A stretch of 63,701 bases of DNA, filler included, from Reclinomonas americana ATCC 50394 (GCA_048213135.1; 15 parts of 15 records of this genome joined end to end with filler, not necessarily neighbours in it), one strand, 5' to 3'; numbered from the whole stretch's first letter, positions 38,948 through 52,416 are shown. Made by a program: numbers and translations. The notes: generated by a model from the sequence alone, not told the origin.

Positions 38948-40499
38948 ATGAAACGATCGCGGGATGAGGATGCAGAGGATGCAGAGGAACAGGAGGAGCG
39001 CGTGCAGAAGCGGGCCAAGTCGGCGGATAACTTTGTCGACTTTGGCGCGTTGGCCTCCGCGCACGAGCCTCTACGCGCCTTTCTCGTGTCGAAGCGCGGG
39101 GACGAGGAGTCGTTCACCATCAACTTTCGCGATCCGCGGGCGGTGGCGGCCTTGACACGTGCCATGTTGTGTGTGCAACATGGCTTGAAGACGTGGGTGC
39201 ATCCGGTGCTGGAGGACGAGGACGGAGAGCAACTGGTGCCGCCCGTTCCGAACCGGCGTAATTATGTCAAGTGGATTGCCAAGGAGCTGATGGCGGACGC
39301 TGGCGAAGGCGAGGTGTGGGGCGTGGATATCGGAACGGGAGCGTCGTGCATCTATCCGTTGCTGGGCGCGTCCATGTATGGATGGAACTTTGTGGCGACA
39401 GAGATTGATCCCGTGTCGGTGCAGGTGCATGTGGACTCTCCTTTTCTCTGTCGCTCTTTCTTTGCTTGTTGCTCATCCCCAGTTGCAGTACGCTCAACGG
39501 AACGTGGAGTTGAACGAGCTGCAGGAGAAGATTGTCGTGCGACGGGTGATGCCGACGCGACAGGCGCCGGTGCGAGGTGTCGCGGCCGGTCCGGTGGCTG
39601 GACCGGCCATGCCGCCGGCCCTCGCTGCGGCCATGGCTGCTGCTGCTGCTGCTGCCGGCAGTGACGATGCAGCTGGCGATGGCGACGACGATGACTATCC
39701 ACTGCTGTGGGACCACTCGCACGATGCGCCCGACTCCGGTGGCATTCTCGATCCGCCTGACCGCCTGTACCACTTCGTCATGTGCAATCCGCCGTTCTTC
39801 GAGGAGGCCTCTGAGTACGCGGGCGAGGACAGCGGTCGCGCCAACCCGTCCACGGGTGGCTCGCAGGCCACCGAGTCGGAGCGATACTTTGGGCGTGGCG
39901 GCGAGGTCGGCTTTGTGTCGCGCATCATTGACGACTCGCTGCTGCTGCGCAATCGTGTGCGCTGGTTCTCCACCATGCTGGGCCGCCAGAAGAGCCTCAA
40001 GCCACTGCAGGCGCGCCTGCGCGACTACGGCGTGAAGAACATCAAGACGGGCACGCTGGAGCAGGGGCGCACCATGCGTTGGGTGCTGGCCTGGTCTTTT
40101 GTCGAGAACGCAGAACAGGGCGAACCACAACTGAATCGCCGACGGCTGGATCTAATGGCAGGCGCCACACGACATGCCTTTGCCATTCGCAGTGCGCGCA
40201 ACGTGGCCGAGCTGACCGAGAGCATGCGTCAAGCGATCGAACGAGTGGCCGGTGTGTCGGGTCTCTCACTCGATCCCGGCACCTTTGTGATTCGCGGCAC
40301 CGGCACGCCAGCCACTGGCGGTCCCTCCGACCAGTTCTCGGTGCAGCTGTTCCAGGTGAAGCCGGGCGTGTATTCCGCCGAGATCAAGCGACGAGGAGCC
40401 ATGCAGGGACGCCAACCGCAGCCGTCACGGTGGGCGGGGTGGGCCGAGATGTGCGTCATGCTGGAGGATCAGTTTGCCACTCGCGATGTGGTGTTGTAG
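38948..40499 (+). CDS. METTL16: METTL16/RlmF-family RNA N6-adenosine methyltransferase (intron ~39425-39488)
   Basis: INFRDPRAV..LT, LVPPVPNRRNYV, DIGTGASCIYPLLG, MCNPPFF, GGEVGFV, WFSTMLG, QGRTMRWVLAWSF. Confidence 0.92.
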
Positions 40500-40649
40500 G
40501 GTCGACAGACAAGCGGTATCATTAAAAGGGAATGTTTATATACTGTTACATTATGGGGGCCGAGGCTTGTTCTGTGGGAGGGGGGCAGCGTGACAAACAC
40601 GTGAGCATGCAGTGCAAGAGAACGCAGTGTATGTGTATGATTCGACGCA

Positions 40650-42470
40650 CCTCGCAGCTGCTGGAGACGCGAGTGGAGACGCTTGGAGGCGTTCCGAACC
40701 TCCATGGCTCGGCGCACCTCCAGCTGTCGGTAGTGCTCGTCGAGTGCCCAGGAGCGCATTTCACGCTGCCAGTCGAGCCGTCCGCGGTTCTGCTTTACCA
40801 CCGACGAGTGCGGTTCGGCGGCCAGCGCCCTGCACATTACGAATGAGGTCAGAAAGAGCAGCAAGGGAGACGAGAGTGCCTGGTTGTCGGAACGCAACAT
40901 GTCATAGTCCGATTGCGCCAACTCAAAGTGCCCGGCTTTCTCGTGAATCACGCCGCGCAGATTCAACGCGCCGGCGTGTCGCGGGGCGAATGACAGTGCT
41001 CCTGTGCGCGTAAGAGAGAGAATCTCATGAGCACCACTCTCATAGTCACGCATAGGGATGGCGACGCAACGATCCACATCGCGCAGTGCCTCGCGTTCCA
41101 TGCTGAACAGCATGTACAGTTTCGCTCGTTGGAAGTGCAGCTCGGCATCTCTCGAGTCCAGAGTGAGGGCACTGCACGGGATGGTGAGTTTCCCTTCCAC
41201 GAGCGCTGCGCCTGGCAAGAGAGCAGGCGTACGAAACTTGGACAAGTCGGTAATCGCACGATCAATGTCGGCCGGGGCGGCCAGTGCAGCGTATGCCTGG
41301 CCGCGACCCGACAGAGCCTCCAGCCGCTCCTCCCGCGTCAGCACATCATTGCCCTGCCCGATAGCCATGGTGTAGTCCTCAATGGCCTGCATGGATGGTG
41401 AGTACACTTGTTATGATCGACGGGATAATTAATGTGACGCAACATGAGCATAGTCCTGCAAGTTGACGTATACCGACGCGCGACCGAGGAGGGCCGGGAT
41501 CGACTGGGCGTCCACACGCAGTAGGCGCTTGAAATCAAACAGCGCCAAGTGGTAGTGCCGTGAGCGCCGCCGCAGCACGCCGCGCTGGTACATGGCCTCG
41601 AACCACTCCTTGGGGAAGCGCTCAGGCGACGCAATGATGCCTTGCGAGTTCTCGCGCGTGAGGATGCCCTGCGGCTCCAACAGATCGGCCGCGTCGGTTA
41701 GATCCTTGATGGCGTCGGCATCGTTCTCCGGCCCCATGGCAGCTTTGCACATGCCGCGCCCGAGCAGCGCCACACCATTCTTCGGATCGAGACGCAACAC
41801 ACGCGTGTACTCGGCCTCGGCGTCCATGTGCCGGCCAAGGTCGCGCAAAATGTCGGCCCGATTCAACAGCATGGTCACATCCAGCAGCGACTCTGCACGA
41901 CAGAGGCAGAAAGGGGTGAGGCACAACAAGAGGTGAGTAAACGGCTTCGCCTGCGTCAAACCATTGGCCTCAGTGAGTCGCAACACCGCGTCAAACTCCT
42001 TTAGTGCCTCATCGGTGCGCCCGAGTTGTGCCAACACGAGACCGCGGAGGCTGCGGATTTCGTGATCAAAGTACGCCTTGGCCTCCGCCTCGATGCCCAC
42101 ATCCACATCGTCGAGGGCCTTTTCGAGCTCGCCCAGACCCATGAGACTCACGGCGCGGACGGAGCACGACTGCGCCGTCACGTATCCCATGTCGATCACA
42201 CGCTGCGTGGATAATTCACACGGGCTGAAGCGTGAGCGGCATGGAGAAGAGAACGGGAAAAGAGTGAGAGAGACGGAACATTCGAGTCCTCATAACCGAG
42301 CGGAAACTCGGCCATGGCATTCGAGGCAATGGCGCGCGACAGCAGCGCCTCCACGTGATGCGGCATGACACTCAGCACCTCGGTGCACAGCGAGCGCACT
42401 TTTGGCAGGTAGCCGCCCTCCTCGGCGATCTTGACCAGGCGCATCAGTTCGGTCACGTGTTGATCTTCAA
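40650..42470 (-). CDS. Tetratricopeptide-repeat (TPR) protein, multi-exon, 5' truncated
   Basis: Multiple TPR units: LRGLVLAQLGRTDEALKEFDAVL, NRADILRDLGRHMDAEAEYTRVLRLDP, ALNLRGVIHEKAGHFELAQSDY. Confidence 0.85.
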
Positions 42471-42570
42471 NNNNNNNNNNNNNNNNNNNNNNNNNNNNNN
42501 NNNNNNNNNNNNNNTTAATTAATTAANNNNNNNNNNNNNNNNNNNNNNNNNNNNNNNNNNNNNNNNNNNN

Positions 42571-44060
42571 TGTTGGGTGGACGGGCATGTTCATGATACA
42601 TTGACTGGGTGCATCGCGCGCAGCACATCGTCCATCAAGTTCCTGTGGTTCCAGAAGTGGGAGGCGTTGGCCAACCTGGCACCGCAGTTCGAGCCGCACC
42701 ACGGCATGTTTATCAACCACTTCTGCAACTCGCCCGAGATCAGCCGCAAGAGTTTGCGCCACCGGAACCTGGCTCGCGTTTGTTGCGTCACTGCATTTCT
42801 ACTCAGTCTCGTGGCATCGACTCGCCGGCAAGATGTGCTCACCTCATGTTGTGTGATGTGCAGACGCACCCGAGGAACTCGCCACGTTTGTGCCGGAGAC
42901 GTTTGTTATCCAAGTCGACGATGAGACCGCCAAGGCGGCCTTTGTGCAGCACGCGGCAACAGTGGCCAAGGTGTGTTGCCGTCCTTGTCATTGTTGATGA
43001 TGATGATGGTCGCTCATTCTTTTCTCGAAATGCAGTCGGCGACCGACGTGGCGTGGGTGGTCAAGCCGGACACCGACAAGAGTGTGCCGGTGTCGATCAC
43101 CACCGATCCGGCTGCGGCCATCAAGTACATGGAGGACAACTCGGCGACCGAGAAGACTTTTATCATCCAGCGCTACATCTCGCGCCCGCATTTGCTCCAG
43201 GGTCACAAGTACCACGCGCGTGTCTGGGTCATGGTGAGATACGGGAGAGAGAACGCACATGTGTGTGATTGAGTTTCGTGTCAACTCACTCGCTGATGAT
43301 CCTTCACCAGGTGGTCAGCCTGAACCCGCTGCAGGTGCTGATCAACGACAACTTTTATGTGATTGAGGCGCCGGAGAAGTACTCGTTTGACCAGTTCGAC
43401 AACATGTTGCGTGTGATCTGAAAAATGTGCCGGTTGTGCAAACGTGCTTCTCACTCCGTTCATTTCGCAGCGATGTGCACGTGTCGACTGCCGCCACTGA
43501 CTTCCCTGGTCGTGACCTCGTCAAGGTTGGCGAGCTGTTCTTGGGCCTGGCGGACACGTTGCGTTTTTGTGTGTTGTGTGTGTGTGTCAGTCCTAGTCGC
43601 GTGTGACTCACGTGTGTTGCGCAGTGAGGATATCGAGGATACTTTCCTTAAGCGTGTTGAGCAACTGGTGGTCAAAACCCTGAAGGTGTGGCCGATGGAC
43701 GGACACTTGGAGCGCCGCTTCGAGTTTATGGCAATGGACTTCTTGGTCGACAGTGACAAGAACCTGTGGCTTCTCGATGTCGATTCTGCGCCAGGTACTG
43801 TCACCAGTGCTTCTCTCTATTTTTGTGTGTGAAGCTCATCCCATGTGCGCGATAACAGTGGAACCCGATCTGCCAAAGCTGCGCTTCCAGCTGTGGAGGA
43901 ACGCCGTTGCCGATATTCCGACTGGTACGTTCTTCTTGCATCTCTACTTGGCTCTCTTTTTCTTCTGTCTCCTCCCCCGCACGGTTCTATAAGAGGGAGC
44001 GCAAACATCTTTACCTTCATGATGTATTGTCGCTTTCGTTCCGTGCCAGAGCATTCGTAA
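42571..44060 (+). CDS. Tubulin-tyrosine-ligase (TTL/TTLL) family ATP-grasp protein, partial, multi-exon
   Basis: INHFCNS.EISRK, FVPETF, WVVKPD, IIQRYISRPHLLQGHKYHARVWV, FEFMAMDFLVDSDKNLWLLDVD. Confidence 0.8.
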
Positions 44061-44196
44061 CAGAGCCGACCTCGCTATCCCGATTCTGAAGTCACTACTG
44101 AAGTCTACGGGACGAAAGGATTTTCGGCACATTCTTTTTATTCGCACTCTCGCCACCCCCATTCTTCCTTTTCCTTTCCGCTCGCACCGGGTGGAT

Positions 44197-46070
44197 TCAA
44201 TGGTGTTTATGGGGGCTGCTGCTGACGTGACTGCATTGTTGTGATGATGCAGCCGAGGTTCGGCACAAGGTGTCGACCGAGTGCAAGTTCGAGTTGCGCG
44301 AGACGAGCGGCAGCTTGGGGGGCGGCTCATGGCGAGTGCTGTACTGCGGCGAGGAGGATCTGGATGCGCCAGAGAATTGCGCCGTGTCCACCGATTAGTT
44401 TGGTAGCGCAGAGTGCTGTGTGTGTACACGTAGAATTATTGTTGGTTTCGTTTAAGAATGCACGGGAGCATAATCTGTGGTGTACAAGAACCATTTGTTG
44501 CATTTCATTTCTCGTGGAAGTGCGCTCGTCAGCTTGTGTGTGCGGGCCGTCAGGAGCCACTGCTGGCCACACGCATGCGTAACGCATTGTGGGAGCTCTC
44601 GAGAGCCCTCAGCTGCGACTGCAGGCCCTGCAAGTCGGAGGCAAACGCTCTCAACGACTCCGACAGCGTGTCTTGCAGGCGGCGCTGCTGCGACTGCATC
44701 GCGGACATGGTGTCCTGAATCAGCTGATTCTGGATGGTAAACGATTCGCTGGTGTGCGTCAGTTTCTGCGACAAGCGCTCGTCAGTCACTACGGTCAGAT
44801 TCGCGAGACTTGGAGTGGAGCATTCATTCACCTGATGCACGTCGTCGATAGTGAAATTCGTCGACGATGCCAGCTCGTGCTTAAAAGTGTCGAGTGCGCC
44901 GAGACTCCTCGATGCAATGTCACGGAACTTTTGCACCTCCTTCTCCATCGTGGCGCGTGACCAATTCAAACTCTCCGACAGCTGCTTGTGCAGTGCCTGC
45001 TGATTGTCGTGCGACCATTGTTTGATGCCTGCAGCGCGCATCGAGTCAACCACAGAGTTGGCGACAGAGGAAGAACAGAGCCCGAACCTGCACACTCGTG
45101 CGCCAGCGTGGATACATCCTTGGCCAGGGCAGCGGCCGCTGCACGCTGCTCCGATTGTCTGCGACGGCGATACAGTCAGCATTGTAATCATGCTTGCAGC
45201 AGCTGCGTGAAGGCCACGCAACAGGTGACCGAGTTGTGATGTCAGCTCGTCCATTCGCCGATCGAGTTCCGCAGTGGCCACCAAGTCGCTGTGATAGCTG
45301 TGCACAAACGGCATGACGTGCTGACTCGGCAGCGATTTGGTCGTCGGTCCAAAGATATGTTCGTATCGCTGCAGGTGCTCCACGGCCACATTCAGCTGCG
45401 CAAACTGCCGCGTGGTCTCCAACTTGACGTTGCCGACATCGTGCTGCACACATACTCAGTTAGTGCACGCTCTCTTTCCGTTTCTCTTCCAGTCACGGAG
45501 TGACGCAACAGTGAGCTCGGTAAAGCACGTCTGCAACTCGTCGACTCGAGTCGAATTCAACATGCGAGTGGCACTGAACTCGGACTGCAGCGAGCTCAGA
45601 TCGCTCTTCATGGACTTGCAGGCCTTGGCCAGTCGTCTCACGTGCTCTCGCACCTCGTCCAGTTGCGAGGTCACATCCATACGCAGCGAGTCTGCGCAAT
45701 ACCGTGAGCTCCGAAGAACAAATGGCACTCATGCTGTGTTGCCACACTCACCAATCTCGTCCACAATCACATCCGACAAGGTGGAAAAGGCCTCTCGCAG
45801 ACTGCGAACCTGCACGGCGGAAGGGCGATTCCACAGTCAGCCTGCACGCGCATGTGTGCTGAGTGCGTGCTGACTGTCGCAACTTGTGTATGCAATGTGC
45901 CCACGGTTTGCTGCGACTCGAGCAACTCGGCGCCGTGTTCTTTTTGAAGTTTCTGTGGGGAGAGTTAAGTGGGAGGAGAACGGTGAAGGGTGAAGGGGGA
46001 AAGGGAAGAAAGGGCCAACCTTAAAGTCCTCGCGCATTTTCTTGAGCTGCTGAGAGAGAGCCCTGGCCTG
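44197..46070 (-). CDS. Coiled-coil hypothetical protein, multi-exon, partial
   Basis: Heptad-like exons (QQRRLQDTLSESLRAFASDLQGLQSQLRALE; LDEVREHVRRLAK) separated by short introns. Confidence 0.55.
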
Positions 46071-46344
46071 TGGGAATGGGTGGGTGAGGGGAAGGGGAAG
46101 GGTAAGATAGGGCGGACAGGCAGACAGGCAGGTGAAGAGGAAGAGCAGGAGGGTGTGAGAGAAGAGACTGGGATGGAGAGACACAAGGGAGAGGAGAAGA
46201 GAGAGGGAGGGAGGGAAGTGGGGAGAGGGAGGAGGAGGAGAGAGGCTTGATGGAAAGCAGCCTTGTCGGCAGACAGCGAGAGAGGGAGAGAGAGAGGGAG
46301 AAGAGGGAGAGGAAGGGGAAGGAAAGTGCAACAGCGAGCAGAGG

Positions 46345-46375
<31 letters not shown>

Positions 46376-46511
46376 GAGGAGGAGGTAGACGAAGAAAGGT
46401 AAAGGTAGGTANNNNNNNNNNNNNNNNNNNNNNNNNNNNNNNNNNNNNNNNNNNNTTAATTAATTAANNNNNNNNNNNNNNNNNNNNNNNNNNNNNNNNN
46501 NNNNNNNNNNN

Positions 46512-46561
<50 letters not shown>

Positions 46562-46584
46562 TCTCTTCTACGTCTCTACCACCA

Positions 46585-46644
<60 letters not shown>

Positions 46645-46876
46645 TCCATTCTCACGATATCCAATCCACTTCATTTTCCGTCCTCAAACCCCACTTAATT
46701 GTGTTCTTCACTCATTGCTTTTCCTACATTCACCACCCTGTCTCTGTTTCACCTCACTTTTTGTGTGTTCCGTTTCCTCGCATCTCTACTTTTGCTGTTC
46801 CCCTCACCTACCGCCTTGGTTCTTTCTCTCTTTCTCTCTTCTCGCCCGCCTCCCTCACCAGCATTCGCCTCGCAGT

Positions 46877-48038
46877 GGTCATGTACGTGGACTACAAGCT
46901 CGACGAATCGTACACACCGCGCACACTGTCGGTGCGCTCCGGCACCAACTGCAACGATCTCACGGAGATTCATGCGTTGGAGCTGGACGAGCCGGTGGGA
47001 TGGGTGCATGTGCCGTTCAATGAGGAAGGGTGTGTATGGGGGAAAGGGAGGGAAGGGAAAGGTGGAGGGGGAGAGAGAGGCACGGCAGCAGTGCCTTCAT
47101 TTGGTTGTCGTCTTGCACATGTAGCAGTGGGTTTGTTGCATTTAGGAAGGGAAGGAAGAGAAAGGTGGAGGGGGAGAGAGGCACGACAGCAGTGCCTTCA
47201 TATGGTTATCGTCTCGTGTTGTTGCAGTGGGTATTGTTTCGTTGAGATCGTATTTCAGTGTTTGGTCGTCATCTTGCACGTGCAGCAGGGGAGTGAGTTG
47301 TCCTTTGCTTGTTTGAGGTCCTACAGATGTGGCAGAGAGTGGATTCCCTGGTCCACGACATTGATGATCTCAGTCCTGAGAAAGTTTCTTTTCCTTCACT
47401 CTGTCGTCGTCTTGCGCGTGTGAGAGTGAGTTGTTGTTGCATTGAGATCATTCTCCTGTGCTTGATTGTCATCTTGCACATGCAGCAGGGGAGTGAGTAG
47501 GTTCGTGTTGAACTTGTGGATGTTGTAGTTGGCTTTGTTGGTTGAGGTGTGGCAGAGAGCGAATGCCGTGCTCAACGAGCTTGGTCACCGTTTTCAGTCG
47601 TGCATTTCTTTCTGTTGCCGATTTGCTCGTGCAGCAGCGAGTGCTCAGTCTTGCTTGATCGTCGAGTTGCACAAACAGAAGATAGTGGGTTGTTTTAACT
47701 GGGCTCGATCACCAGTTTTAGTCGCGAGTCGTCGCCGACCACTGTTCCTGCCTTGTCTTCACCCCGTTGCCCTGCTGCTCACTCCTATGTTTTCCTATCC
47801 CCCAGAACGCCCATCAAGACCAACGTCATCCAGCTGGCCGTCCGCTCATGTCACCAGCACGGTCGCGACGCACACGTACGCCAAGTACTCGTGTATGGTC
47901 CACGAGAGTTGCGTGATGTCATCTTTTTTCGCCTCGTGTACACACTACTCACCACCTCGATTGCCCCCCCTGCAGACCCCTGCCAGGCGACATGGAATTC
48001 GACACACTCGAGTTCCAGATGTTCTCGTGCGTCAGGTG
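46877..48038 (+). CDS. ANAPC10: Anaphase-promoting complex subunit 10 (APC10/DOC1), 3' exons
   Basis: YVDYKLDESYTP..SVRSG..DLTEI..LELDEPVGWVHV, IQLAV..HQHGRDAHVRQV.VYGP and the C-terminal VR (IR-tail). Confidence 0.93.
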
Positions 48039-48174
48039 ACACCACGCGCGAAATAAAAGTGTATGCTAAACAAAAGTCTCCGCCATTCGACGCACACACG
48101 CGAGCAATTTATAACCAACATGCCACATTCCCACACACACACACACACACAGAGTGACACAGAACTCAAACAGT

Positions 48175-50791
48175 CTAGCGGTCGTTCTGGTCGTCCGCAT
48201 CCACCACCGCCACATACACCGCGGGGAACAGACCGGTGCGGCCCTCGTACACGCCTGTCCACCAGCCAGAATCGTCCTTGGCGATCACCGTCAGTCGCTC
48301 GCCTTGTTCAAACGATAATTCGTCTGCGCGACTTTGGTGAGTGACAAGCGGAGAGGGCAAGAAAGAAGCTCTCACATGAATCTGCCACACGCACCATCCG
48401 CCTGCGCGATATATGCGTACAACGCCTCGACCTCCTGACCGGAGGCGAGCACGTGCTTCGGTGTCATGGCCACCGGCGCAGCCTCGGGGATGCCAGTGAG
48501 TGCCGCCGTGGCCGCATCCGTCAGACTGATGCTCTGCCGTGAGTACTGTCGCGACATTCGATTGGTGGGTGGCACATGCAGCTCGACGTGGTTGGCCGGG
48601 AAGAAACCCTCGCGCGTGTCTGGCGTCTTGCCGTCGCGACGAATGAGCACGCGACCCCTCCACCAGCCGCTGGTGTCCTCCTCCAGCACTTGGACTGTGT
48701 GCGCAAATGAGAGGCAAGGTGTCAGGAAATGTGGCTTAGAAAGGAATGCCCCACATCAACACGCTACGCAACTGACGTCGCCCTCCTCAAAGCTGATTTC
48801 GTTCGCCTCTTGCGCCTGATAAGTGTACAGAGCGCGCGCCTGCTTCTTGCCACCGCCGCCCATGCGGCCGGCTGAAGGCTGTCGTACGTGGCCCGGTGCA
48901 CCCGACACACCACTGGAGCTCGGACCGCCTCGCGCGCCGCCGCCAGCAGCGGGTGAGAGGTCGTCTTGTGCAGGGGGTGGGGGCGAGCGGTTGCTCGAGG
49001 TGCTGCGGGGAGGGAAAGGTGAGGGGGGAGTGAGGGAGGGCAAGGGTGGGAGAAGGGAGGGAGAAGGGAGAAGGGAGGGAGGAGGGAGAAGGGAGGGAGA
49101 AGGGAGAAGGGAGGGAGGAGGGAGAAGGGAGGGAAGGGAGGGAGAGAGAGAGAGACAAATGTTGGACACAGGATGCAACAGAAGTGCGAGGCACAACAGA
49201 CGTGTGAAAAGAGACAGACAAAGAGAGAGAGAGAAGAAGGGATAAGAAAGCACAAGGCTTGTCTTGTTCCCATTCTCAAGAAGAGAGAAAAAAGAAAGAA
49301 AGCACAAGGCTTGTCTTTCCTTTCTGGGCGAGAGAGGACAAGGAAACACTACTGGCACAAGAGTAGGCAAGATAAAGGGTACACACACACATGCACAAAG
49401 AGAGAAGGCGACCAACATACCCGACAACAGGTGCACGCGGAATATTAACGCCACCCGCACCCTGTACAGCATACTGTGTCAGACAAAAGGCAATCTTCGC
49501 AACAGCGCATGGCGTCAACAAACCAACGGCGCAATCTGCTGATCGCTGCCCTGCGCTCCACCATATCCGAATGCCAAGGTCTACATAACACATCGCAATT
49601 GAGAATCAGTGATCAATGAGAGGACATGCCGAGAGCCCCCCGTTGACACGCAACATTGCGAGATGAACTTGGTGGTGGTGGCTCCGACCGCGCACTCACA
49701 TGGTCGTGCAGCGTGACACCCACATCGAAACATTGTGAAATGACGGGCAGGAAGGGGACCTCCTGCGTGGCCTTGACGTCCTCTGCAGGTGCCTCAACGA
49801 CAAAGGCGCGCACGTCCGCCACTGGATCGACCACTTGAATCATCTGCAAGAATGCAATGAGCGTCGGCAGAGTGACGTGGCACCAATGGCACGAGCATAC
49901 AAACCCGGTACTTGGCAATCACACTCTGCTCCAATCCCTGCTGCATGCTCTGTCTCAGGAACGCATACTTTTCCAGCACACACTTGATGCTCTTGATTCG
50001 GTACAATTCGAGCTCCTCCAGATCCTGCACGCCACGCAATGAGTGGAAATGAAAAAGAGAAAGTAACCGCACCCGCAGCCGTCGATGATGCACGCACCTT
50101 GACCATTTGGTGAATGCGTCGCGTGTAGTCGGCCAGCATGGTGTTCACGAGCTTCACGGCCTCACGGTACTTGATCGAGGCCTCTCGTGCAAGAGCCTTT
50201 TTCTGGTCAGCCTGGTGGGGGTGAAGCGATGATGTGAGTAAGACACACCACAGCAACACAGATGAAGAAGAAGACAGCATACCTTTTCTGGTGGCTCGCG
50301 GTTGTCGTTGCAGAGGGTAATCATTCGCTCGGCAGTGGCCACTGCCTTTTCTTGCTGGCTCTTGAGCTGCAATGCGCACACAAATGTCAGCACGAAGGTA
50401 GGGAGAGAGGGAGAGACAGCGGCAGGGGACCTTCGAGGTATCCGCCAACTTGCGATTGAGTTCTTTCCGCAAATTCTTCTCCTCCTTCAGGATGGCATTC
50501 AGCACGTGCTTGATTTCGCGCTTCAGTTCGATTAGGGAGTGTGCCAGCTGCGTCTGCAGCTGCTTGCCAAAGAACTGGTGCTGCTCGCCCATGGTGTGCG
50601 TGTGCTCGCGGCACGCTGTCCATGCCTCGCCGAGGGAGCTGCGCGAAGTGGTAAGCGAGGAGATATGGTAGAAGGGGGTGAGAGGATGTGGTACGTACGC
50701 TGTTTCGTCGCGGCCGTACTTGGATTTGGCCAGCTTTTGCATGGCGCGCCCGTAGTCCCTCTCGGCCTCAGCTTCGCGCTCGTAGAACTCC
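48175..50791 (-). CDS. F-BAR (FCH) domain protein with two C-terminal SH3 domains, multi-exon, 5' truncated
   Basis: FYEREAEAERDYGRAMQKLAK..SLGEAW (FCH); ARALYTYQAQEANEISFEEGD..SGWWRG..GFFPANHV; EALYAY..DELSFEQGE..SGWWTG..GLFPAVYV. Confidence 0.88.
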
Positions 50792-51712
50792 TGCGGGGGA
50801 GGGTAAGGAGAGGGGATGGTGAGGAAGGGAAGGGAGGAAGAGGCAGAGACAGAGAGAGACGGTGAGAGAGGAAGGAGGAGGAGAAGGAGTGACGTGAAAA
50901 GGCAAGGAGAGAGAGACGGTGAGAGATAGGAAGGAGGAGGAAGAGTGACGTGACAGAGGCAAGGGGAGAGGCAGAGAGACAGCGACAGAGAGGAAGGGGG
51001 AGGAGAAAGAGCGACGTGACAGAGGCAAGGAGAACGAGGGAAGAAGTGAGAGAGGGGAAGAAGTAAGAAAGGCGACGAGTGTATGCAACAAAGAGTCAGG
51101 AAGAACTGAAACGAGGTTGAAACAAACGGAGGAGGACACCACGAGAGAGACACAGTAACGAGGGAAGGAGTGACAGAGAGGCAGAAGGTGAAAGGAAGCG
51201 AGAGAGATGAGAGATGTGCCAGCAAGACTGTCTGACGGAGCGAGAGATGAGACGCGTGCAAGTCTCAGAGGACGTTGAAACAGGAAACAAAGACACACTG
51301 AGTTTGCAGTGAGTACGAGACAGAAAAGGAGGAGTTGGAAAGCACCAATGGAAATATAGCGACGGCAAAACAAGAGAGAACAACAATTGGTGACAACAGA
51401 ATATGCACGTATGCAGATCAATCGCAACCTCAAACACGAATGCAAAACGAAAATGAAGCACTAGGGACAACAAGAAATCGGCGACAACGACGAAGCACAG
51501 CGACTGCATCACACAAAGGCGAGTGGAGAAAGCTTGCAACAAACAAACGGGAGTGCAGAGAGAGTCTACATCACGCAGAGGGGAGTTTGNNNNNNNNNNN
51601 NNNNNNNNNNNNNNNNNNNNNNNNNNNNNNNNNTTAATTAATTAANNNNNNNNNNNNNNNNNNNNNNNNNNNNNNNNNNNNNNNNNNNNCTGCTGTGTGC
51701 GAGTGTGTGCGA

Positions 51713-51763
<51 letters not shown>

Positions 51764-51865
51764 CGTGGCCCGAGACCGAGCGAGGCAAGACCAGACGGAG
51801 TTTCGACGTCGCGCGAGGTTGTGTCCTGCGTCCTACAGACCGTTTGATTTTTTTTTGATCGGAAC

Positions 51866-52416
51866 ATGAGCGAACAACACGATCTCATCCTGCATGCCAT
51901 TGAAAGTTTGCGCACGGAAGTTCGCGAGATGCGCGCGGTGGTGGACAACCTCGACAAGGGTTTGAACAACCTCACTCTTCGCGTAGAGCTGGCGGACATT
52001 CGGTGAGTGCGGAAGGTGTGGGCCACTCTCCAGTTGGCGCATTGCCCACAAGCCCCTCGTTACACAGTTTCCAGAACCAGCGACCGGCGCGTCCGTCGAG
52101 CCGCATCTGTGTGGGGACGCAGTTCGCCGCGTACCTCAGCCACCATGACGTGAGAGTGCCGACTCGACAGCAGCTTGTCGAGGCCGGAAACACGGGAGCT
52201 GGGGCCGGATGGAGCACCCAGCAGTCGGCCAAGTTCCTCGAGCACACGCACATCTACTTTGGCCTGCCGGCGGATGAGAGCGAGCGTGCGGGCTCGTCAG
52301 CTGCGGCTCAGTCGCGATCGCCACAGCGGCGCCACATGATCGCACGCCTGCTGGCCGTCGATCTTTTCGACGCACACCGCGCGTTGTCGTACCCGGACAT
52401 CTATGAGCTTGAGTAG
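51866..52416 (+). CDS. Small hypothetical protein, two exons (intron ~52003-52067), N-terminal coiled coil
   Basis: MSEQHDLILHAIESLRTEVREMRAVVDNLDKGL.. spliced (GTGAG..CAG) into ORF 52003-52416. Confidence 0.5.

Noticed and set aside
48990..49330. Long Pro/Ser/Leu-rich ORFs over purine- or pyrimidine-rich tracts (also 45837-46331, 50800-51260, 62611-63080)
   Set aside because: Translations of low-complexity intronic CT/GA repeats, not real coding sequence.
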